Virus record (IMG/VR): IMGVR_UViG_3300021500_000001
Location: 1 to 58,827 of that record
Source: a virus
Taxonomy: Duplodnaviria; Caudoviricetes
Strand: one strand, 5' to 3'
DNA length: 58,827 nt
The translations under genes and the position numbers were made by a program. The number at the start of each line of letters is the position of its first letter. The stretch's first letter is position 1. Shown piece after piece: positions 1-9,815 of the stretch. The notes under the pieces are model-generated. The model saw only the letters and a list, made by a program, of their open reading frames with translations. It was not told the DNA's origin and ran no database searches.

Positions 1-50
1 ACTTTTTTCTTTAATAATATCAAATAGTTAAACCCTAAAATGGCTCTTTT
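1..50. repeat. Terminal overlap identical to 58778-58827 (circular assembly signature)
   Basis: acttttttctttaataatatcaaatagttaaaccctaaaatggctctttt occurs at both ends. Confidence 0.95.
18..30 (+). promoter_or_regulatory. IHF-like binding site
   Basis: TATCAAATAGTTA matches WATCAANNNNTTR; identical copy at 14566-14578. Confidence 0.5.
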
Positions 51-329
51 GACCCAGGGCCACTGCTTTTTTTATAAAAAATTTTTTAGAGCAGTGGCCC
101 TGGGTCAAAATTGTTAAAAATTATTTAAGTAGCTTATATATATAGAGATTTTTTGGGCCACTACATATAGAAGCAATGGCCCAAAAAAATATAATTCTTT
201 ATATATCAGAAACTTATCTGGGACACTACTATTAGAGCAGTGGGGTAGGGAAAACCCTACACTTTTTTGCAGACTACATAACGCACGGGAAAGTTAAAGA
301 GAGATAAGGTCCTTATATATAAAGAGTTT

Positions 330-1865
330 TTATTCACAATTATTAGATTCAACCTCCCATGTCCTGATTCTTGAGCCGCCAAAACGTTTTCGTGGTTCAG
401 TCACCTTAGCTCCTAATTTTCTCAAAAACTCACATAATAACGTTCTGGTGAGTTTTAAGTTTTTGAAGCGTAGTTCCTCCTCTAAATGAGTTAGTGTGAA
501 ATAGAGTATACCCTTGTCGACCACACAGCTATTTTTTAGCATAGCCGGAAGGCTGATATGTTCTGAATTTTTCTGGCGATTCCATTGAATGAGCCATTCG
601 CCGAGGATTTCTTTTATGACTCCAAGCTCTGACTCTTCAACGGCCACTTGTACCTCTTCCGCCGAACCAAGCCACTGTCTCACAAGATCGAGCCATCTAT
701 CCTGCTTGGGCGGGTTAAATACGACACGGGTTGCTTCTACTATCTTGTTGATAGTCCTGCGGCTGGACATCAAGTCATCCACGACGAGCAAAGTTGTTCT
801 GCCTTCTCCGAGATCCATATTATATTTAGTAGATCCGTCCGGATATTTCAATATAGTAATTTTCTTGACCGCCTCAGCTATACCATAAAAATGTTTTTGC
901 TCATGTTCTTTGTAGACCGATTTGACAATTTTCTTAATGTCTTTTTTGGGAAGTGGTTGAGTATTTTTTTTATTCCATTCTTCCAGAAAAATTATTGTCT
1001 CATCTTTGGTATATTTCTTTTCGAGGTAGCTTTCTGCCTGCTGTGTGGCGAGTACGCTTACTTCTATAGCGGTATCTGCTCCGTTGCTGACAGTTGTTTT
1101 TGCCTCTGGCTCCGGGAAGTCCGGCATATTATCTGATTTAATAAAATCGAATTTAGCCACTAACGTTAGAAGGTCCTCTTTGTTGTGGCCCATTGCAAAC
1201 CAATCCGAAACATCCCCTTTTATCGGGAGACCGGGAAGCTCAATAATTTTAACCGATCTGGCTTTACCGTCCAGCGATTGAGCTATTCTTATTGCATGCC
1301 TGAGCCCCGGTTCATCATTGTCTGGTAAGATGATGCATTCTCTATTATTCAGAGAATCAGAATATTCAGTGATCCATTTATTGGCGCCGCCACAATTTGT
1401 TGTGGCGGTTAAACCTTGGGCATTGAGTGCGGCAACATCCTTTTCACCCTCACAAATAAATACCTGTTCGGAAACCAAAACTTTAGGCAGGCAATAGAGA
1501 ACTCGTCTTGTGTTTTTCAGGTTCCAAATCCAGCCGCCTTTGCCATTCGGCCTGCGTTGTCTGAAATCTTTGGGCTCGAATCGGCACACCTGATAAAGTA
1601 AATTATTATCTTCATCAACATAGTCATACGTTGCGACTATTTTCTTTTTTGTACTTTTCTCAACCCAAAGATTTTTCCTTTTAAGCTCTTCCAGGACCGC
1701 TTCTTGGGGGCAGCCAGCGTGGCAGTAAAATAAAATCTTGCCATTAGACAAACTGACGGTGAGGCTGGATTCCTTATCATCATGCACAGGGCAATGACAT
1801 TGCCATGAATTTTCTCCGTTGGGTTTCCCTCCAAGGGCGCTGACAATTTCTGAAATATTGTTCAT
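330..1865 (-). CDS. DNA primase (N-terminal Zn-binding domain + TOPRIM + C-terminal domain)
   Basis: CHCPVHDD..YCHAGC zinc motif; TOPRIM motifs ICEGEKD and LPDNDEPG; no Walker A seen. Confidence 0.85.
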   Translation of the reverse strand: MNNISEIVSALGGKPNGENSWQCHCPVHDDKESSLTVSLSNGKILFYCHAGCPQEAVLEELKRKNLWVEKSTKKKIVATYDYVDEDNNLLYQVCRFEPKDFRQRRPNGKGGWIWNLKNTRRVLYCLPKVLVSEQVFICEGEKDVAALNAQGLTATTNCGGANKWITEYSDSLNNRECIILPDNDEPGLRHAIRIAQSLDGKARSVKIIELPGLPIKGDVSDWFAMGHNKEDLLTLVAKFDFIKSDNMPDFPEPEAKTTVSNGADTAIEVSVLATQQAESYLEKKYTKDETIIFLEEWNKKNTQPLPKKDIKKIVKSVYKEHEQKHFYGIAEAVKKITILKYPDGSTKYNMDLGEGRTTLLVVDDLMSSRRTINKIVEATRVVFNPPKQDRWLDLVRQWLGSAEEVQVAVEESELGVIKEILGEWLIQWNRQKNSEHISLPAMLKNSCVVDKGILYFTLTHLEEELRFKNLKLTRTLLCEFLRKLGAKVTEPRKRFGGSRIRTWEVESNNCE

Positions 1866-2041
1866 GCTTGATCCTTATTTTTTTGGATACATCCATTCTC
1901 CGTTTCTTTAAGGAATTTCTGCATCTGGATAATTGCACCGTGCATCAATATTGCACTATGCAAATCCTTAATTTTTATCGCTTGGAATTCGTATTCTTGG
2001 AGTTCGGATATTCTTGTTTTGAGAGCTTCTATGAAATTCAT
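1862..2041 (-). CDS. Small hypothetical protein (59 aa, MNFIEALKTRISEL...)
   Basis: Translated by hand; ATGA overlaps with both neighbours. Confidence 0.7.
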   Translation of the reverse strand: MNFIEALKTRISELQEYEFQAIKIKDLHSAILMHGAIIQMQKFLKETENGCIQKNKDQA

Positions 2042-2397
2042 ATTTGATTTTTCACTCTTCTCAGCACTTCCTTAACATCCGCCACTGATCGCACGACTGC
2101 GCTGAGACCGCCTGCCTCCACATTCTTGTTGAGATATTCGGCTTGAAGCGGCGTTGGCTCTTTCAGCCTGGTTTTTACCTCCATAACCAGGGAACGCCCA
2201 TGGTAGCAACCAACAATATCAGAAACCCCTCCCTTACTCCAAGGCCCTTGAGCTATCTTAGCAAAATTTGAACATGGAACATTCTTCAGGAAAGTCATTA
2301 TACTACTTTGTATTTTCTTTTCAGGCCGGTCGTCATCGGCAAGGTGAAAATCCATCACTTGAGGAAGCAGGGGTATGAGGGGCTTCTTTTTTTTCAT
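2038..2397 (-). CDS. VRR-NUC (PD-(D/E)xK) nuclease
   Basis: GVSDIVG..MEVKT..PTPLQ..GG.SAVVRSV pattern. Confidence 0.85.
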   Translation of the reverse strand: MKKKKPLIPLLPQVMDFHLADDDRPEKKIQSSIMTFLKNVPCSNFAKIAQGPWSKGGVSDIVGCYHGRSLVMEVKTRLKEPTPLQAEYLNKNVEAGGLSAVVRSVADVKEVLRRVKNQI

Positions 2398-2407
2398 CCT
2401 TCATCCT

Positions 2408-2767
2408 TCAAATTTTTTCCCATATTAAAAATTTAACAGCTTTTCCAAGACTTTCGGAAAAATTTATTTCATCTTTTATGCCAGCCGAGCATTCCCAGCC
2501 CGGCAGCATTAGTATCCACACCTCATCGGCCCATTCGATAAATTCGTGATTTACTTTTTGCCAATATTTATAATCTTTTGGTAAATTACATATTTTTGCT
2601 ATCGGGTGGCTGTGAGCAATGGGCGAGTATACCAGGAATCCAAGACTCATTATTTCCCCAGCCTTTTTACAGACAGCATAGAATCTTTGTTCTTGTATTG
2701 CTGGGTCAGGATTTGAGTAAGGGCTTGCGAGATAGACTTTCTTTTTTAAAGCCATTTTAATATCCAT
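2408..2767 (-). CDS. DUF1937 / nucleoside 2-deoxyribosyltransferase-like protein
   Basis: [28 protein letters not shown] pattern. Confidence 0.75.
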   Translation of the reverse strand: MDIKMALKKKVYLASPYSNPDPAIQEQRFYAVCKKAGEIMSLGFLVYSPIAHSHPIAKICNLPKDYKYWQKVNHEFIEWADEVWILMLPGWECSAGIKDEINFSESLGKAVKFLIWEKI

Positions 2768-3258
2768 CCCTTGCAGGATTTACGATTATTATGTAGGCAA
2801 CTATTGACATTACCTACATTCAATCTTTGTTCTCTGGCGAACTTACTTTGACTATAATGTCGATGCTCTACCTCCATTTTTTTGTTAATGGCGATAAACC
2901 AACGCCAACGAGAATCACAAGATCTTGGTTTATTTTGTTTTCTTATTCTTCTATTATTTGCTTGTTCTTTTGCTGTAGCCCACCGACAATTTCCGGGCTC
3001 ATAATTTCCATTATTATTTATGCGATCTAATGTCTTTTTTCTTGGTTTGTCGCCCATATCTAAATAAAAATTTTCAAATGAGTGCCACTCGTCACAAACA
3101 GAAATACCTCGGCCACCATAATCTTTATAAGCTGCATCGCTCAACCGCTCACAACGAGAAAGCATATGTTGCCAACTCCAAAAAATAGGAGTTCCCGTTT
3201 TCCCGTGTTTATAGCTTGGATTATTTTTCCCTTTTGCGCTTTCGCTTGTTCTCCCCAT
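2746..3258 (-). CDS. Free-standing HNH-type homing endonuclease with NUMOD-like C-terminus
   Basis: [38 protein letters not shown]. Confidence 0.8.
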   Translation of the reverse strand: MGRTSESAKGKNNPSYKHGKTGTPIFWSWQHMLSRCERLSDAAYKDYGGRGISVCDEWHSFENFYLDMGDKPRKKTLDRINNNGNYEPGNCRWATAKEQANNRRIRKQNKPRSCDSRWRWFIAINKKMEVEHRHYSQSKFAREQRLNVGNVNSCLHNNRKSCKGWILKWL

Positions 3259-3277
3259 TTTCCCATCCTAGCTAAGT

Positions 3278-3306
3278 ATTTTACATTACAACAGCCTGTA
3301 TGTCAA
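3278..3306 (-). promoter_or_regulatory. Sigma70-type promoter of the leftward HNH-primase operon
   Basis: TTGACA-17 bp-TAAAAT on the minus strand. Confidence 0.7.
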
Positions 3307-3330
3307 CTATAGCACAGATGTTTTAGCCTC

Positions 3331-3358
3331 TTGACTTTTAGGATTGTTATGGTAAAAT
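3331..3358 (+). promoter_or_regulatory. Sigma70-type promoter of the rightward MTase-helicase operon
   Basis: TTGACT-16 bp-TAAAAT with extended -10 TGn; back-to-back with the leftward promoter. Confidence 0.6.
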
Positions 3359-3381
3359 GTTGTGAATTTATTGGAGGTGTA

Positions 3382-4017
3382 GTGAAACCTTACTACGACC
3401 ATAAAGGAATTACCATTTATCATGGGGATTGCTTTGAAATAATGTCAGGGCTTGAGCCAGTGGATCTCATTATGATTGACCCTCCCTATGGAATTGGGCA
3501 AAGCTTTGAGAAAAACAGAGCAGGAAGCAACAAAGCAAAGGCAGGAAATTATGGTAATAAAACTTGGGATGATAAGCCTATAGACTTTAACTTGTTGTGG
3601 GAATTATTATCCCTTGGGAAATATGCTTGTTGTTTTGGGGGGAATTATTATCCTATGCCTCCATCAAGTTGTTGGCTTGTATGGGACAAGGAAAATACAG
3701 GTGATTTCGCCGATTGCGAGCTTGCCTGGACTAATTATGGAAAAGCTGTAAGACTTATCAGACATCAATGGAACGGAATGTTAAGAAAGGGAAAAGAACC
3801 ACGATATCATCCTACGCAGAAACCGCTAGAAGTGATCAGGTGGGCGATACAGCACGCACCAAAACATGATACTATCCTTGACCCTATGATGGGATCGGGT
3901 ACTACGCTTAGAGCAGCCAAGGATTTAGGTCTTGAAGCAATAGGCATAGAAAAAGAAGAAGAATATTGCGAAATAGCGGCCCGTCGCCTGCAGCAGGAAG
4001 TTTTGTTTGGAATATAA
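3382..4017 (+). CDS. Orphan DNA amino-methyltransferase (beta class, DPPY)
   Basis: IDPPYG catalytic motif, HPTQKP, ILDPMMGSGTT SAM-binding motif; GTG start after GGAGG RBS. Confidence 0.9.
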   Translation: MKPYYDHKGITIYHGDCFEIMSGLEPVDLIMIDPPYGIGQSFEKNRAGSNKAKAGNYGNKTWDDKPIDFNLLWELLSLGKYACCFGGNYYPMPPSSCWLVWDKENTGDFADCELAWTNYGKAVRLIRHQWNGMLRKGKEPRYHPTQKPLEVIRWAIQHAPKHDTILDPMMGSGTTLRAAKDLGLEAIGIEKEEEYCEIAARRLQQEVLFGI

Positions 4018-4018
4018 T

Positions 4019-5578
4019 ATGCAAGTTAAAGTTAAAATAGAAAAAGATAAAATCAGGCTCTCTTTTCCTTATGATAAAGAAAAGGTTAAATGTTGCCAGA
4101 CAATGGCAATGCGCTGGAGCAAGACAAAAAAAGAATGGTCTACTCCAAACAATTATATGAACCGTGTTTGCTTAAATCGTCTTTTCCCGGGCATACTTCC
4201 ACCTGAACAGAAAGAAGAAATAAAAGAATTAGTGATACCCTCTTTTCTGATGGATCACCAGAAGGAGGCGCTGAGAAGGGCTGCACGACAAAACAGGAGG
4301 GGCATATTCCATGACACTGGTACCGGAAAGAGTTGTACTGCATTAGAGATATACCGGCACCATAAGGTAAAAACCTTAGTTATATGTCCGTTAAGTCTAA
4401 TAGAAGGGGCTTGGTTCGAGGAAATCTATAACAGATATACAGATATTGACGCAAGTAATCTGTGGGCTGCCAAAAAAAGAAGCCCTGCGGCCTTCGGCAA
4501 AGCACTTGAAAAAGATTTGTGTATTATTAATTATGAGTCTTTTAGAACGGTCGACAAAAAACTTGCGAACGCAGGTTTCAAGATGGCTATCCTGGATGAG
4601 TCTGCCAGGATACGTACCTGGAAAAAGAATTCAACGGCTGACAAGGTAATTAATTTCTGCGACAATGTGAAATATGTTTATTTATTATCAGGGGTTCCTG
4701 CCCCTAACAGTATGCTCGAATATTGGTCACAGATTAGGATACTCGATCCTCTACTGTGGGGTAAGTCTTTTTACAGATTCAGGATAAAATACTTCAACCC
4801 CGGGGGATATGGTGGCTATACCTGGGAGGTAAAGCCTGAATGTGAAAAAAAGCTCAAAGAAGATATTAAAACTGTAGCCGAGTATGTAAATAAAGCGGAT
4901 GTCTTGGACCTCCCCGGACGCACTGAATCGATGAGAGTTTTTCAGTTATCGGCAGAAGAACGAAAACATTATAAGAATATTAAGAATGACCTTGTGACGA
5001 TTATTGAAGAAGAAGGGACGACAGCGGTAACGACACCGAGTGCGGTAACAGCGATCATGAAACTGAGGCAGATATCATCCGGTTTTCTCCTGGATGGAGA
5101 TATCTGCCATACAATAGGAAATTCGAAAATCAAAGAACTTTTACAGCTTCTCGAAGATATAGGCGAAAAGCAAGTTATTATCTGGATACAATTTAAAGCT
5201 GAAGCCCAAAGAATTAAAGAAGCCTTACAAAAGAAGGGTATCGATAGCGGTATATTGAATAGCACAACTGCAGAAAACGAAAAGCAAAATTATTTGAAAG
5301 CTTTTAAAGGTGGAAATATTCAGTATATTATTTGTCATCCGAAGTCAGTGGGGTATGGCCATACCCTCACAAATTGTTCAGAGGCTATCTATTATAGCTA
5401 TTCGTATAGCTACGATGATGATTATCAGTCGGGCGATCGGATTTACCGTTTTGGGCAAAAAGAAAAATGCTCTCTCTATTACTTGATAGCTGACAAAACA
5501 ATGGACTTAGCTATTTTAAGGGCTGTGCAAAAAAAAGACAGCACGAGTATGGCGATCTTAAATTATCTCAAAAAATAG
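4019..5578 (+). CDS. SNF2-family helicase
   Basis: DTGTGKS, ILDES, LSGVP, GHTL and Q..DRIYRFGQ motifs. Confidence 0.9.
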   Translation: MQVKVKIEKDKIRLSFPYDKEKVKCCQTMAMRWSKTKKEWSTPNNYMNRVCLNRLFPGILPPEQKEEIKELVIPSFLMDHQKEALRRAARQNRRGIFHDTGTGKSCTALEIYRHHKVKTLVICPLSLIEGAWFEEIYNRYTDIDASNLWAAKKRSPAAFGKALEKDLCIINYESFRTVDKKLANAGFKMAILDESARIRTWKKNSTADKVINFCDNVKYVYLLSGVPAPNSMLEYWSQIRILDPLLWGKSFYRFRIKYFNPGGYGGYTWEVKPECEKKLKEDIKTVAEYVNKADVLDLPGRTESMRVFQLSAEERKHYKNIKNDLVTIIEEEGTTAVTTPSAVTAIMKLRQISSGFLLDGDICHTIGNSKIKELLQLLEDIGEKQVIIWIQFKAEAQRIKEALQKKGIDSGILNSTTAENEKQNYLKAFKGGNIQYIICHPKSVGYGHTLTNCSEAIYYSYSYSYDDDYQSGDRIYRFGQKEKCSLYYLIADKTMDLAILRAVQKKDSTSMAILNYLKK

Positions 5579-5579
5579 C

Positions 5580-5617
5580 TTGCAATGTTTGTATAATGTT
5601 GTATAATGTTGTATAAA
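5580..5617 (+). promoter_or_regulatory. Promoter-like region with a 10-bp tandem repeat
   Basis: TTGCAA at 5580, then TTGTATAA three times at 10-bp period (two full TATAAT); RBS AGGAGG follows. Confidence 0.5.
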
Positions 5618-5633
5618 TATAGGAGGGGAAATT

Positions 5634-5882
5634 ATGTTTTTGTACAGAATTTCTCAGGATGTAAACAATGATTATAATACCTACGATTCGGCTGTTGTGT
5701 GTGCCGAGAGCGAAGAGGATGCACAGATGATACATCCTGATAAAGATTATAGTGACTGGGATGGAAAATGTGAACCATTTTTCGATTGGTGCGCCGCAAA
5801 AGATGTAAAAGTAGAAATAATAGGGATTGCCTCTCGTATTTTGCCGAGAGGAGTTGTCGTAGCCTCCTATAATGCAGGATAA
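5634..5882 (+). CDS. Hypothetical phage protein
   Basis: ORF with AGGAGG RBS; YDSAVVCAESEEDA..IHP pattern. Confidence 0.75.
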   Translation: MFLYRISQDVNNDYNTYDSAVVCAESEEDAQMIHPDKDYSDWDGKCEPFFDWCAAKDVKVEIIGIASRILPRGVVVASYNAG

Positions 5883-5897
5883 GATAAAGGGTGAGAT

Positions 5898-6344
5898 ATG
5901 AATTTTAAAGAATTCGGATCAAACATATTTAAAGAGGATATCAAGAGTTTGCCAAAAGAAATGGCAGAACTCGCAGAAGAATACGGCAAAGAAAAGCAGG
6001 CCATTAAGTCTGTGGAAAATGAAATTAAGGCCCGTAAAAAAATACAGGCGGAGAGAGAGGAAAAGCTCTTCGCCTTGATGGATGTTACGGGCATAGAAAC
6101 TTTCGGCACAGGGGAATATACTTACTACAAGAGGGTTGATTCCTACCCCTCAATCGCCGACGAAGAAAAGGCACATAGGTGGATCAAAGAAGAAGGTTTC
6201 GGGGATATAATAAAACTCGCAGTAAATCTCAGGTCCCTGGGATCGGCCATCAAAGAAATTTTTGAGACAACCGGTGAAATACCGGGAGAGGAAGAAGGAA
6301 TTAAGGTCCGGACTGTCAATAGAGTGGGGGTGAGGAAGAGATGA
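5898..6344 (+). CDS. Phage replication-module protein (N-terminal coiled coil)
   Basis: Operonic ORF upstream of the SSB-like gene. Confidence 0.7.
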   Translation: MNFKEFGSNIFKEDIKSLPKEMAELAEEYGKEKQAIKSVENEIKARKKIQAEREEKLFALMDVTGIETFGTGEYTYYKRVDSYPSIADEEKAHRWIKEEGFGDIIKLAVNLRSLGSAIKEIFETTGEIPGEEEGIKVRTVNRVGVRKR

Positions 6345-6646
6345 AAAAGGTCGAATTCATGTCAACGGCAAGCAGACCAATTACTATCTTTTTAGATAAG
6401 ATAACGGCTGTAAGCAAGTTTGATACCACAAGTAGCATCGTATATTCTATCGATAATTCGAGTGGACCAAAACCCAGCAATTTCGTTGAGGTTGAGTTGG
6501 ATGACGGAAAGAGTATTAACGCCGGAGAATGGATTCGGCGTGGGAAATATTGGATATTACGCATAACGTCCTTACCAAAAGAGGATGCAATACGAAAGAT
6601 TGAAGAGGTAGAAAAAGAAAAAGAAAAAGAAAAAAGGGAGGGATAA
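6341..6646 (+). CDS. Hypothetical protein
   Basis: ATGA overlap with the upstream gene. Confidence 0.6.
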   Translation: MKKVEFMSTASRPITIFLDKITAVSKFDTTSSIVYSIDNSSGPKPSNFVEVELDDGKSINAGEWIRRGKYWILRITSLPKEDAIRKIEEVEKEKEKEKREG

Positions 6647-6925
6647 TTGAAATTACGAGTGAAATGCTCATTGTGTGGTGGAGCTGGCAAAGATGGGTCT
6701 TGTATTCGATGTTTTGACGGATCAGAGGAAATCCGAAGTTGGCACGCTTCACGTGGGTTAAAAATACCATCTGTAACCAAATCAAATTCGGGTTATTTTA
6801 GAATATCTTTTGGCAGGCAATCTTTTGCACAATTCCCTGTAAATTTTAAAGGTATCCTGAGCGACGAGTATATTTTTCAACCAGAATGGAATCGACAAAT
6901 GTTTAATGATTTTGAACTCGTATAA
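6647..6925 (+). CDS. Hypothetical protein with CxxCxGxG zinc motif
   Basis: CSLCGGAG..CIRCFDGS; TTG start after GGGAGG. Confidence 0.55.
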   Translation: MKLRVKCSLCGGAGKDGSCIRCFDGSEEIRSWHASRGLKIPSVTKSNSGYFRISFGRQSFAQFPVNFKGILSDEYIFQPEWNRQMFNDFELV

Positions 6926-6972
6926 TTAATATCAGAAAACCATAATACAAAGCAAAAGGAGAAAGCACAAAG

Positions 6973-7722
6973 ATGACAAGTAGAAAGACAGAGACAACAG
7001 ATTTTACAGCCCATGGAGTGGCTACAGAAACAACAGATGTTGCGGTTCTCAAAGAAGCAAAAGTGCCGATAGTCGGTGGCGAGCTTTTTGACATGAGTGA
7101 CCAAATGGAAGGGATTGAGGTCCGGCTACCCCAGATCAGGATTGCCCATCAGGCACAGATATTCATTTTTCCTGACGGGAAAAAGGTAGAGACGTTCCGT
7201 GGTGTAATTTTGGACATGAACAAAGCGAACGCCTATTGGGCGGAGAGCTTTGAAGAAAGTGGCGGTGGCACTCCACCAACCTGCTCAAGCCTTGATGGAT
7301 TAGCCCCTGAGCCCGGCTCTGAGGATATCCAATCCAGCAGTTGCCTCACCTGTCCCCAAAACAAATTCGGGAGTGGCAAAAAGGACGGGAAGGCATGTAA
7401 AAACATGAAGAGGATACATGTCTTGATGGATGGCTCCATGATGCCATTTCGGCTGACCATCCCACCATCAAATTTGAAGGCTGTTGATCTTTATGTAAGC
7501 CTTCTTACTGCCCAAAACATACCGTACCAATTGATCGAGACTGAATTCTCGCTGCGGGTTGCCCAAAATAAGGAAGGCATAGAGTATTCCGAGCTACATC
7601 TGCGAAATTGCGGCCAAGCCCCTATGATCCAGAGTGTCGAAGATGCTCAAAAGATGAAAAGCCTCGTTGCCCAGTGGAAGGGTGTAATGCGGGGTGAGAT
7701 GATTACCCAAAACGAGATTTAA
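6973..7722 (+). CDS. Putative ssDNA-binding / recombination protein
   Basis: P.CSS.DG..P, CLTCPQNKFGS..GKACKN and IPPSNLK motifs typical of phage replication modules. Confidence 0.6.
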   Translation: MTSRKTETTDFTAHGVATETTDVAVLKEAKVPIVGGELFDMSDQMEGIEVRLPQIRIAHQAQIFIFPDGKKVETFRGVILDMNKANAYWAESFEESGGGTPPTCSSLDGLAPEPGSEDIQSSSCLTCPQNKFGSGKKDGKACKNMKRIHVLMDGSMMPFRLTIPPSNLKAVDLYVSLLTAQNIPYQLIETEFSLRVAQNKEGIEYSELHLRNCGQAPMIQSVEDAQKMKSLVAQWKGVMRGEMITQNEI

Positions 7723-7756
7723 TGTTTCAAATTTAATATCAAAATCATTAAAATCT

Positions 7757-7797
7757 TCCGGCTGGTCATTTACGGACGGCTGGCCGGATTTACTTTC
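7757..7797 (+). terminator. Putative intrinsic terminator
   Basis: TCCGGC..GCCGGA hairpin followed by TTTACTTT. Confidence 0.45.
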
Positions 7798-7811
7798 TGG
7801 AAGAAAGGGAA

Positions 7812-8015
7812 ATGAAATATTTTGTTTTGAAGCCAAGAGCTAAAAATGGAGATGATATGTTCGCACGTGCTTCACAGGTAGCAATGATTGCATATAGCGA
7901 ACGAATAAGAATAAGCGATCCGTTACTTGCAAATCAGTTACTTATGTGGGCAAAAAAAGAAGGGATCGCACAAAGCAGGCTATACCATCAGTCGTGCAAA
8001 CAGGAGAAAACATAA
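7812..8015 (+). CDS. Hypothetical protein
   Basis: ORF with purine-rich RBS. Confidence 0.6.
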   Translation: MKYFVLKPRAKNGDDMFARASQVAMIAYSERIRISDPLLANQLLMWAKKEGIAQSRLYHQSCKQEKT

Positions 8016-8017
8016 AA

Positions 8018-8272
8018 ATGAGAATTACTTCGGAAATAATAGAAAAGACAAAAGACCGTGCAGGTGAATTGCTAGATTCATATATTGCCGAAATACAAAC
8101 GGCAATAGATAATGAAGGTGAGGTTTCGATCGGGCTTCCTATTAAAATTAAGTTAAATGGAGAAAGATTTGATGTCCAGATAGGGATTAGTTTTGTGAAA
8201 TCTCGCATCAAAGATAATATTACCTTTTCTCTCACTGACCAACAAATTGAAATGTTCGAAGATAAAGATTAA
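8018..8272 (+). CDS. Hypothetical protein
   Basis: ATG after AGGAG; operonic. Confidence 0.65.
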   Translation: MRITSEIIEKTKDRAGELLDSYIAEIQTAIDNEGEVSIGLPIKIKLNGERFDVQIGISFVKSRIKDNITFSLTDQQIEMFEDKD

Positions 8273-8280
8273 GTAAGACA

Positions 8281-9807
8281 TTGCCCCAAATCTTTAAAAT
8301 AATTGGCCCCCCGGGGACGGGGAAGACAGAATATCTATTGAGGCAAGTTGAAAGAGCTTGCGATAGATATTTCCCCAAAGACATAGGGGTTGTCTCCCAC
8401 ACAGTAGCCTCTGTGAGCGAGGCCAAGGAAAGAATAAAGAAGAAGCTTGATGTCGATTGGAAAGATATCAGGAATGTCCGAACCATACACTCTCATTGCT
8501 TTGATTTGTTGAGAATCAAAAAAGAAAATATAATGGAAACGGCAAAAAATATCAGGGGATTTAACAAAAATTATCCTGCTTACCAATTGACAGTGGGGCT
8601 CAAAAATGACGAAGATATGGAGCCCGTAGGAGATAATGATCTAATTTTCAACCAGATGCAAATTTTAAGAAGTCGGATGGTCCCCCGGGAACAATGGCCC
8701 TTAGAATGCCAACATCTTGGCAGGGCTTGGTTCGAATACATGGAGAACGAAGGGAAAATTGATTTTAATGGAATGTTGGAACAATGCATTGCCCGTGAAT
8801 TATCCCCGGATATTAAGGTTCTCATGGTAGATGAGGCCCAGGACCTGCCCCGCCTGCAAATAGCGTTAATCGAGCAATGGGGCAGGGAGTGTGACACAAT
8901 ATTATACGCAGGCGATGCTAACCAGTCCATATTTCGGTTTGCCGGCAGCGACCCCGACAACTTCATCAATTTGAAAGCTGACAAAACCATCCCTCTCCAG
9001 CAATCTTACCGCCTGTCTCCTGCAGTGCTACGGAAATCCATTGAAATTATCCGGCAAGCCAATGTAAAAGAACTTGTTGATTTTAAGGCAACGAACAAAT
9101 ATGGTAAAGGACAGATCGTATTGGTCAGAGAACCGGATATCTCTCTTCCTGGTAGTCACATGATTTTGTGCCGATGTCAATTCCAGGTTAAGCGCTACAT
9201 AAAAGCTTTAACGAAAGCCAATATCCCTTTCTGTAATCAATATCGGACAGAAGATAAAACCTGGAACCCTTTAGAGCTTGACGGCGCTGAATCTATCCGA
9301 ATATATCTAAGGTTTCTCAGGGGTGAGGAACTGAATATTTACGAGATTAAACAGATGATCAAGAATTGTGTCGCCAAGCTTTGTTTGAGAAGAGGAGCAA
9401 AAAAGAAAATTGAGGGCCTGCCACTTACCGAAAAAAAGACTTACGAATTTTTCGGCCTACTTAATATGGGTTTTTTGGGATCATTCCTTGACAAGCAGGG
9501 CAATATATCAGATTACTTCAGGATAAATGCGGAGGCCAAGGACCTGATTTATTATTTAGCTGAAAATGAATCGGATCAATTTTTTAAAATTCCCCGAATT
9601 TGTGTGGGGACATACCATAGTGTTAAGGGTGGGTGTTCACGACATGTTTGGATTGATCCAAGTATAACCCAAAAGATAAAAAAAGCCATACAAAATGATC
9701 CTGATGCTTGGGATGACGAAGTACGTTGTGCTTATGTTGCGTGTAGCCGAGCCCAGGAAACAGTTGGAATTCTCCCTACTAGAGGATATAGAAATCCATT
9801 TTTATAA
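8281..9807 (+). CDS. UvrD/REP-like SF1 helicase
   Basis: GPPGTGKT, VDEAQD, GDANQSI, QSYR, HSVKG and YVACSRA motifs. Confidence 0.9.
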   Translation: MPQIFKIIGPPGTGKTEYLLRQVERACDRYFPKDIGVVSHTVASVSEAKERIKKKLDVDWKDIRNVRTIHSHCFDLLRIKKENIMETAKNIRGFNKNYPAYQLTVGLKNDEDMEPVGDNDLIFNQMQILRSRMVPREQWPLECQHLGRAWFEYMENEGKIDFNGMLEQCIARELSPDIKVLMVDEAQDLPRLQIALIEQWGRECDTILYAGDANQSIFRFAGSDPDNFINLKADKTIPLQQSYRLSPAVLRKSIEIIRQANVKELVDFKATNKYGKGQIVLVREPDISLPGSHMILCRCQFQVKRYIKALTKANIPFCNQYRTEDKTWNPLELDGAESIRIYLRFLRGEELNIYEIKQMIKNCVAKLCLRRGAKKKIEGLPLTEKKTYEFFGLLNMGFLGSFLDKQGNISDYFRINAEAKDLIYYLAENESDQFFKIPRICVGTYHSVKGGCSRHVWIDPSITQKIKKAIQNDPDAWDDEVRCAYVACSRAQETVGILPTRGYRNPFL

Positions 9808-9815
9808 CAAGGAGG

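Larger units (their letters stand above)
1..326. repeat. Iteron/palindrome array A (continues from 58686 across the junction), putative replication origin
   Basis: Inverted pairs GGG(C/A)CACT(G/A)C..AGCA(G/A)TGG at 57/90, 155/172 and 220/236; perfect 21-bp inverted repeat at 47-110; AT-rich TATATA spacers; lies directly downstream of the primase gene. Confidence 0.75.

Noticed and set aside
2746-3258. HNH gene as part of a group I intron or intein
   Set aside because: It does not interrupt a host gene; it is the first gene after a promoter and appears free-standing
3382-4017. DPPY MTase plus neighbouring HNH or VRR-NUC as an R-M system
   Set aside because: These nucleases are standard homing and recombination types on the divergent operon; orphan MTases are common in phages
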